DNA of 64,000 nucleotides from Eledone cirrhosa (Eukaryota): positions 66,898,001 to 66,962,000 of the forward strand of contig OZ024745.1 in NCBI GenBank assembly GCA_964016885.1. The letters are read 5' to 3'. Made by a program: the position numbers and the translations under genes. How positions within the stretch are numbered: position 1 is the stretch's first letter; the number at the start of each line of letters is the position of its first letter. Below the pieces are notes generated by a model. That model saw only the letters and a program-made list of their open reading frames with translations, made no database searches and was not told the origin of the DNA. Shown in pieces: positions 54,974 through 64,000 of this stretch.

Positions 54974-55322
54974 GTAGAAAAGTAACACACGAGTTGATAT
55001 ATATATATATATATATATAAAAACAAATAGTAGAAAGGAAAAAGATTCTTTCAGTAGAAAATGCTGAAGAGATTTATTTTTCAGTGAGATATCAAAACAT
55101 TAATTTATTTACAATATTGGTTTCAGCATTAAATGCGTTGCCAATTGCGGATATGCAGAATATTGTTAAGTTGCATATTTGTACAAATAGTGATAATAGT
55201 AATAATAGCCATAAGCAGAGTAGGACGGACAGAGAAATGACTTCTCTGAATGAACATGCATGTGAAAATTATATATATATGTTTATATATATATGTTTAT
55301 ATATATATGTTTATATATATAT

Positions 55323-55378
<56 letters not shown>

Positions 55379-55382
<4 letters not shown>

Positions 55383-56484
55383 ATCAAAGTTCTGTTCAAA
55401 TCATTTATATGCTTACAATTGTTTCCTCCAAACCGAGGTTTGGATTTTCGGAGCAATTTATTAATGAATGATCACATATATGACCTCCTTTTCAACCCAA
55501 GAGACATACAGATACATATGCATATATTATTGCTTGGTGGGTCGACGTCCATTATAACATTTAGCGTGGCAGTATACATTTAACGATTACATTCATATCA
55601 AAAGAGGATAAAATTAAAATTAAGGTTACAATATAACATGAAATTAATGCGATAGGATAGTCAGAAGCAGTAAGTGTGTGCAATAGTTACACAAGCACGT
55701 GTGTCCCATTTATAAATATTACAGTGCAGGAGGGTGTTACATGCAACACAAGCACCCTAAGCGGGCAAACAAGATTATTAAGGGGGTTGTACTGGTAATG
55801 TGTTTTTTATATGAATGTTATAGAAGCCTGCGTGTAGAGAAATATTATAAATATTAAATATATCAAACGTCCAATATTGAATCGTCGTGGATTATGTGAG
55901 GGGCATATAATCTAGATATTACGCTCTCCGGACTGTGAAAATGGTGTTGTGCACGAAAACCATATCATCACTTTGCTACACATTTCTAATATATTTAATA
56001 TTTATAATATTTCTCTACACGCAGGCTTCTATAACATTCATATAACAATCACATTACCAGTACAACCCCCATAATAATCTTGTTTGCCCGCTTAGGGTGC
56101 TTGTGTTGTATGTAACACCCTGCCGCACTGTAATATGTATAAATGGGACACACGTGCTTGCCACACGTGTAACTATTGCACACACTTACTGCTTCTGACT
56201 ATCCTATCGCATTAATTTCATGTTATATTGTAACCTTAATTTTAATTTTATCCTCTTTTGATATGAATGTAATCGTTAAATGTATACTGCCACGCTAAAT
56301 GTTATAATGGACGTCGACCCACCAAGCAACAAGATATGCATATGTATCTGTATGTCTCTTGGGTTGAAAAGGGGGTCATATATGTGATCATTCATTAATA
56401 AATTGCTCCGAAGAATCCAAACCTCGGTTTGGAGGAGACAATTGTAAGCATATGAATGATATGAACAGAACTTTGATTATTATA
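55379..56484. mobile_element. Fold-back PLE pseudo-LTR pair with an HHR in each arm
   Basis: Arms ~55379-55863 and ~55988-56484. HHR tgct CCGAAGA atccaaacc-tc-ggtttggag GA(A/G)AC aatt GTA agca at 56404-56450 (+) and 55410-55455 (-). Confidence 0.9.
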
Positions 56485-56548
56485 GCTTATATATAACTGC
56501 TCTGTAAAACAACTGATGTTATTACATTGAGTTATTTATCTTACTGGT

Positions 56549-56733
56549 GGCGGTGGATTGGCAGTATCGGTAGAGGGTCGGACGCCATGCTTTGCAGCAC
56601 AGTTACGTCCCTTTACGGACTGAGTTCAAATCCCGCTGAGGTTAACTTTGCCTTTCATCCTTACGGGGTCGATAAAATAAAGTACCAGTAATACACTGGG
56701 ATAATTGCTGGCCTTGTGCCAAAAGTAGAAACA
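56549..56733 (+). mobile_element. Full-length tRNA-derived SINE with 19-bp TSD
   Basis: TSD agttatttatcttactggt at 56530-56548 and 56733-56751. B box gagttcaaatccc. Confidence 0.92.
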
Positions 56734-57755
56734 GTTATTTATCTTACTGGTAATAAGGTAGTAATATATTACTGCCTATCACTATTTAGGGTTTGTAAAA
56801 ATATATATAACTACAAAAGGTTTTTGTATATGCATAACCATAAAAAGTATCCTTAATACTATATACATATATATACATATATACATATATATGCGTTGTG
56901 TGTGTGTGTGTATCTATTTGAGTCTGTGTATGTGTGTGTGTTGGTGTATTTGTGTGTATGTATGTGGTCTTGAGTATATGTGTGTGTATGCATGTCGGTG
57001 TACTGAGATTAAGTAGATATCAAAGTCCAGTGTTGATGGAATTCTACATAGAAAAACATAATCTGTCAGCATACAACCAGGTTACATTATGCTATTTCAA
57101 GAAAAAAAGATGATGTAACTGTAGAAAAGTGGATCTGCCAACCTCTTCAGATCTAATACTGTTCGTCCCATTCATACATCCGTTACTAATGGTTAAGTTG
57201 CTACATCGCTCTGCTCTCATTAAAGATAACGAAGTTGTGGTAGCATGTGTATTTTTCAGTGGCAGTAATATTTTATGAACGATATACCTAGACATAATAA
57301 TAGTCCTATCAAAATGATATATGATACAAAGCTATGCTCTTGTTTTGTCGAAAACTTCAGAAAAATCAATACATAAAGAAAATTATCATATTCCATAATG
57401 GCATTCAAATAAATATTTCTTACCACAAATCCCCCATTGGTTATTACCTCGGTTTTGTAGAAGTAACTAACTATTAGCTGCAAGAACTGAAATGAATCTG
57501 ACGCGAAAATAAATACACTAAGTGTCAAATTGCTGCTATTGATTACTGCCTCTAAAAGACATTAATTCCTATAGGCTGGCGGTATAAAATAGATTAAGTG
57601 AGTATTCCAAATACATATTATCTCCGAAGAGTCAAACACTGACTAGATTCTTTAACCGAAGCTGATTGTGATTTCTGTCTTATTTTTTCTTGATTTTAAA
57701 ATAATAAAACATATAGTATCATATTATATATTGAAATACTTACATCACACACAAT

Positions 57756-57786
<31 letters not shown>

Positions 57787-57990
57787 GTATGTATATATAT
57801 ATGTGTGTTTATATATATATATATACACACACATATACATATTATATATAAACTTCTGTGGATGTGTATTCGCAACATTAGTATTTTCTCACAAACCTGC
57901 GTAGCAATGTTGCTTACACCACACAGACACATATACATACATACAAACATATATATACATACATATATATACACCTATATATACACACAC

Positions 57991-58034
<44 letters not shown>

Positions 58035-58829
58035 TAAGATCAAAAGATGGTTAAAAGAGTTCCATGTATTTTATTATGCGCATTTCAAAAACAAATATCA
58101 TGCGATGACATTTGCGTTTTCGTCAGCTAAAATAGGGAGACATGATATGAAGGTTAAAAACACTTGTGAATAGTGCAGTTTTAAATCAACATATGAAAAG
58201 TAGTTTTAGATTGATGTGTGATATTGGGGGAAAAGGATTAAGGGGGGGGGGAGATGAGAGTAAAGAATGGAGGGGGAGGAGTATAATAAGGAAGGATGAG
58301 ATAGGAGGAGAGATGGGTGATAGAGAGAGAGAGATAGCTTTTATAACTGAGAAAAATATATTGTTTTACATAGAGAGGTTAAAAAACCGTTGGAAGATAA
58401 TATATAAATTAAAAGAATTTGAAAATTAACGAAGAGAAAAATTTTAGAATAATGTTAAATTAAGGTTTGTATATTGAAGGTTTTAATGATATGTGCGATG
58501 AAAAGAAATTGTTACTATGTATTAAGAATAATATTTAAGGGTTTAATAATATGTGCGATGGAAAGAAATTGTTGATATGTATTATTAAAAAAATATAAAA
58601 ATATAACAATAGTAACGTAATTAAGGATATATTGTGAAAAGAAGTAGAAGAGTGGATGAATAAGTGTAATATGTATAAGTTAGATGAGCATGAAAGGGAG
58701 AAAAAATTATGAATTGAGGATGAATAATCTAACGTCAAATAAATGTTTATGTTTACGAAGGATTTTTCAAGGTAATATATTGATGTACTACAATAAAACT
58801 CACCTCCTACATATATATATATATATATT

Positions 58830-60036
58830 GTTATACTTGGGGAGGGTCATATTTGTGTAATATTGCCAGAATTAATAACAGAACACACTCACTGTTTGGT
58901 TGGTTTTCGCTTTATTCGGTCCTCAATGTTGCTATTGACTGACCAACGGTCAAAAATACAGATACAATATAGACACAAACACATATATATAGTCTATCAA
59001 AGTTCTTTCGTTGCACATCTGCAACATCGTCAGTGGTGCTATTCTTTCCTCCCGTTGCATTGTATTTTCTACGCCATGTTTATTTAGTCTGTTTATATAT
59101 TTATTTATTTGTTTTTTTTGTCTTCTTTGCGCATGCGTTTGCGTGTGTGTATAGTGTTTTGTTTGATGTGTGTTCATTATTGGGTGACTGTGTATTGGTT
59201 AATGTATTCTATCTTTACTGGTGTGTGTTTATATGTGTTTGTTATTATTGTACTTGTGTATGTATTTATTTATTTATCTATTTATTTATTTATTTATACT
59301 GCTGGCCTCTCTGATTTGCCTATCTGCTGGGTCATTTCTATGTTTAGATATTATTCTAATTTCTATGTTGTCTATGTTACCGTCATGTTGTTGTTCGGCA
59401 TGTTCGTATAGTACTGAACCGTATTTTCGTCCTTTTAGTTCCCCCCCAGTGTTGGTCTATCCTTTCACCTATGCTAGGAGCTGTCTCGCCTATGTATGTT
59501 GTTGTCATGTTTCTGCAAGTACCCTCTGTACATCTTATGCTATAGACTACTTTTCTAGTTTTACAGTTTATACGAGGGTCTACTTTACATATGATACATT
59601 TCCTATTAGTACAGTGGGTTTTCTTAAAAGGGTAGATTTTGCTGATCAGGGATGTTATGGTGGTTCCTGGCTTTTCTACCACCTTAATCTTTAAGTGGGT
59701 CTTTCTCCGGGCCTTTCTACACTGGTTAGCTAATTTCCCTCCAGGGGTAGCGTCCACAAACATGACACTCTAGTATCTCTGGTTGTCGTACCATGAGGTG
59801 GCTTTCCCTATCTTATGTCTAGCCCTATCTAAGTTATTTCATCATTTGCTCCTGTATAATGGGCAAATTCCGTTCATGTCCAGTTCTATGAGGGTCTTAT
59901 ACTTCTCCGTGGATCCTTCGTATACTCTGATTCTGTCTCTTTGGTTGTAGCCAGAGAACTGCATGCGGTTGATGAAGTGTTGGATGTGTCTTTCCATTTC
60001 TGTTGGGTCGCACATGCGGCACACGTTCTTCATCAC
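58830..60036 (-). mobile_element. Penelope-like element 3' half (thumb/linker plus GIY-YIG), disrupted
   Basis: FINRMQFSGY...PLYRSK; FVDATPGG...CTNRKCIIC...CKTRKVVYSIRC...YIGETAPSIGERIDQH. Confidence 0.85.
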
Positions 60037-60038
60037 TC

Positions 60039-60120
60039 GGAGAAATAGTGACTGCGTTTAAAAAATAGTCACTAACAAAATATTGGTATGTACATACACA
60101 CAATATATTGGTATGTATAT

Positions 60121-60186
<66 letters not shown>

Positions 60187-60253
60187 GTGTGTGTATATAC
60201 ATAGCAATATTTTTTGTTAGTGACTATTATTTAAACGCAGTCACTATTTCTCC
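60039..60253. repeat. (TA)n-centred palindrome at the PLE 5' junction
   Basis: ggagaaatagtgactgcgtttaaa...gtcactaacaaaa pairs with ttttgttagtgactattatttaaacgcagtcactatttctcc. Confidence 0.88.
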
Positions 60254-60899
60254 CTGACCTCATTTATCTAATATTATTCTAAACTTTGTTTATTACCATT
60301 ATTCTTATCTTCTTCTCTCTCCTCTCTACTGAATACTAGTTATTTTCCCCACAAAATACGAATAGTTTAGTATCAGTCTCATAACAAAATGGCTGCAAGT
60401 GTTGTAAGGTCAAAGATGCGAAAACTGAAGACTAAGGATACGAATGCTTTTCACTAACACACCGACACAACTAACAATTTTCTGTTCAGTATGTCTGTTT
60501 AGTTTCATGATCTTTCATTTTATTGATTTACTATAAATTATTATTCTGTTGAGAAAAGACGCATTCAAGACGTGTTACATCATTAAGGTGTTCACGTTCG
60601 CAATTTTTCCAATGGCGCTTCCCATTAGAGGAAATCGTTTCCTATTCATTATTCCACTTATTCATTATTATCATTTCCAGATATTTCTATTTGGCAATAT
60701 TTTAAAGCTTCTTTGCTATTTTATATTATGAGGATAAGTCATATTATCCAGACAATAGGATCACCTCTCAATATTGACGTTATGCATCTTCTACCATAAA
60801 CTTATATTCTATAACTTCATAATGTAGAAAATATTATCATGCTTCTCAACGCTCTCAACTATTTATATTTTACTGTCAGCATTAGCTACTCATGTATGT

Positions 60900-61070
60900 A
60901 AGTTTAAAGTGATGTTATTGCAAAAACATTTAGATTGAAGTAGCACATTTCCAATTGTGTCCATGGTATATAATTTATCAAGTTCTGTTTCTGAATCCTG
61001 TATTTCCATAATTACATTCATTTACTCGTCTGTTTACCAAAACCTTTGTCATATTTTGCAACCCATGTAT
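60900..61070 (-). mobile_element. Possible ancient CR1/L2-like RT remnant
   Basis: Minus-strand ELDKLY...WKCYFN...KC-like segment, across frameshifts. Confidence 0.3.
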
Positions 61071-61239
61071 TATATTATTCTCATATAATATCCGTTTCAA
61101 CAAATTATGTATTTGTGCCAAGTCTTCCCGTTTTGAACATTTATTTAAATGTTTACTAGTAATGTAATGACACGGAAAATAATATTAGAGAATTTCTTTG
61201 TTAGACACACTTACACGTACACAATTACACAGTCACACA

Positions 61240-61462
61240 TAGATAGATAGATAGATAGATAGATGATACATACATACATACATACATACATACATACATA
61301 CATACATACATACATACATACATACATACATACATACATACGTACGTACGTACGTACGTATGTATGTATGTATGTATGTATGTATGTATGTATGTATCAT
61401 CTATCTATCTATCTATCTATCTATCTTTTCTGTATGTATGTATGTATCATCTATCTATCTAT
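61240..61462. repeat. Compound, quasi-palindromic tetranucleotide microsatellite
   Basis: (GATA)n (CATA)n (CGTA)n (TGTA)n (TCTA)n. Confidence 0.9.
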
Positions 61463-63086
61463 CCATCTTTTCTTTGTTGATGACCTGAAGTTGTATGGGC
61501 CAAATATCAATGACATCAAGAAACAATTGGACCTCATTACACAATTTTCAACCGACATCAAAATGAAATTTGGTGAGTCCAAGTGTGCATATTTGGCAGT
61601 AAAACGTGGAAGGGTTGTGCCCTCCTCTAGAAATCTAGATATGAACGGCCTGACAATACAACCTCTGCAGTCAGGTGACAACTACAGATATCTTGGACAG
61701 GATGAGAATGTCAGATATGATGGACCCATAAATAAGGAGAGAACCAGAACTGAATACCTCAGAAGAGTAAAAAAAATATGGTCATCAGAACTGTCAGCAT
61801 ACAACAAATACATTGCCCACAATACCTATGCTGTGCCAGTTCTAACGCCAACATTTGGCCTACTGAACTGGTCATTGCAAGAACTAAGTGAGATGGATGT
61901 TAGAACTCGCAAACTTCTCAGTGTTACTGGGAACTTTAACATCAATGGTGATGTGGATAGGCTATACTTCTCACGCAAGGAAGGTGGCCGGGGTCTAAAA
62001 TCAATATTAACAACATATGAGACCCGGATAGTAACACTGAAGCAACACCTTCAACAGAGGAAAAAGGTTGGCGACCATCTTGCTCAGGTTTATGAGCATG
62101 AAAAAAGAAATATCATTAGAATAGCGACTGATCTGGAGGAGAGATATGGAATAAAGCCTGATATAAATCTCTCACCCAGAGAAATCGGAAGATCCTATTC
62201 AATGTTCAAACAAGAAAAAAAAATTGACCAATTTACAGAGAAAGTTGTGCATGGATACTTGAGGCGAAAAACACAGACCATAGAGGGGATAAACCACTCA
62301 AAAAGCCTGGCATGGAGTTCCGACAAGTTTATGACATCACACCTTGAGGGATATCTCTATGCAATACAGGAACAAGAACTCCCTACCAAATATCTGCTGC
62401 ACAAAAGAGGAGGGCCAGCAGCTGACAATAAATGTAGGCTATGTAAAACAAAGATCGAGGATGTAAGCCACATTGTTGCCAGCTGCGAAAGAATGTCATC
62501 TCGCTACTACCTCCCCATGAGACACGATGGGATAGCTAGAACTATCTGGAACGCACTTCGGAAAACAAAATTAACAACAAACGAGGAAGAATATATTGAG
62601 ACAGATGGCACTAAGGAATACTGGTGGAACCTGAAAATAAAAACTGCCACCAAATTAAAGCACAACCGGCCTGATATTGTAGTTTGGGACCACACATTTA
62701 AAACGTGTTCTGTTGTGGAGATCAGCTGCCCACTTGATGTAAACGTTGTCAGAAAAATACAGGAGAAGGAGGACATCTACGGACCATTGATGAGGAGCTT
62801 ACAAATCCAGTATCCAAGATACACCTTTAGCTTCATACCCATCATTATTGGTGCTACGGGTTATATACCAACCCGCTTGGACCAAAGTATGACCGAACTT
62901 GGATTTGCGGACAAAAAGCGCAGCTCCCTAATTCATAGTCTACAAATGGCTGCGATAGCTGGCACCTTCAAAATATGCAAAACATTCTTGCGATTCAAGG
63001 GATGACAATTTCTTTTCTTTTACAACCTTGCCACCAGGAAGGTGGCCGGTCAAAAAAATATACTCGAAATTAAGAGAAAGAGAAAA
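61463..63086 (+). mobile_element. R4/Dong-like RLE non-LTR retrotransposon, 5'-truncated, ORF open to 63005
   Basis: HLFFVDDLKLY (RT catalytic motif), YRYLG, GGRGL, CRLC...H...C zinc knuckle, RHD, RPDIVVWD...VVEISCP...KEDIY (PD-D/ExK-type RLE). Short 3'UTR, then (CATA)n. Confidence 0.92.
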
Positions 63087-63129
63087 CATACATACATACA
63101 TACGTACATACATACATACATACATACAT

Positions 63130-64000
63130 ACTACACCCGATTAAGAAAGATATGGTCATCGGAACTCTCTGCGCAAAACAAAACAATGGCTCACAATGTG
63201 TTTGCTGTGCCTGTCCTAATACCAACGTTTGGAATACTCAATTGGACGATAGACGAAATCCGAGCAGTTGATGTTGGAACTCGAAAAATACTGAACAACA
63301 CCGGAAACTTCCACATCAACAGTGACATAAACCGCCTTTACTTGAAACGTAGGCAGGGAGGCAGAGGCCTAACATCAGTCCAGACAACATTTGAATGTCG
63401 CATCATATCTCTTCGACAACATCTACGAACCTCGAAGCGAAGGAGCCCGCTTCTCGAGCAAGTCTATCTGCATGAAACAGACATGAGAGTTGGGAAGGAA
63501 CACCTTGAGAGATATTCCCTGTGTGATAATCAAACACTCACACCCAGGGATGTCGCTCAGCAGTATCGCAGTGAATCCATGGATGAAAAACTGCGTGCCT
63601 ATCAGCAGAAAATCATGCATGGATATGTTGCCAGGAAGCTCCAGAGTGAGAGTAATATAGATAAGCAAAGTAGTCTATCTTGGACCAACAACCGCTATAT
63701 TGGCTCCCACTTTGAAGGATACGCTTTTTCAATCCAAGAACAGGAGATTAGCACGAAATACCTGATTCACAAAAGAGATAGGGATAAAGGCAAAACACCT
63801 AGATGTGATAACAAGTGCAGACTCTGCAGAACTAACATCGAGGATATCACCCATGTCATCAGCAGCTGTCCAAAGATGTCATCGTGGTACTATCTACCTA
63901 TGAGGCATGATGTAGTGGCCAAAACACTGTACAATGCAGTTCGTAAAAAAGATAGCCCCGACGATAAACACATTAAAAGCTACAACAATGTGGAAGACAT
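63130..64000 (+). mobile_element. Second R4/Dong-like element (subfamily B), open frame running off the window end
   Basis: YTRLRKIWSSELSAQNK...RLYLKRRQGGRGL...FEGYAFSIQEQEI...CRLCRTNIEDITHVISSC...RHDVVAK. Confidence 0.9.

Noticed and set aside
57146-57551. Possible minus-strand exons (also 12000-12207 and 49230-49520)
   Set aside because: Splice-like signals and short open frames only, with no recognisable homology or consistent gene model.
61263-61462. N-terminal ~67 aa of the 580-aa ORF
   Set aside because: Microsatellite read-through. Real homology begins at HLFFVDD, so this is a truncated element and not a full gene.

Overview
This is AT-rich, microsatellite-dense animal genomic DNA with no intact host gene that I can support. 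The SINE families and repeat landscape look like coleoid cephalopod (Octopus-like) DNA; that assignment is from recall, not a search. The window is mostly decayed retroelements: (i) many Penelope-like element (PLE) remnants, including GIY-YIG fragments and pseudo-LTRs, sitting in (TA)n tracts, often as fold-back or terminally redundant units, with about a dozen hammerhead-ribozyme (HHR)-like motifs, one with a fully canonical core (18407-18480, minus); (ii) R4/Dong-like restriction-like-endonuclease LINEs in (CATA)n tracts, including a long open ORF at 61.5-63 kb; (iii) RTE LINE fragments, one with a 5' inversion, and four non-coding RTE-derived bipartite elements; (iv) tRNA-derived SINEs, some nested and with target-site duplications (TSDs); (v) three non-autonomous Helitron-like elements; (vi) a decayed, intronless family-B/adhesion-like GPCR pseudogene near 25.4-26.3 kb. 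Most short ORFs in the track are microsatellite artefacts. All alignments and folds were done by eye, so coordinates are approximate.
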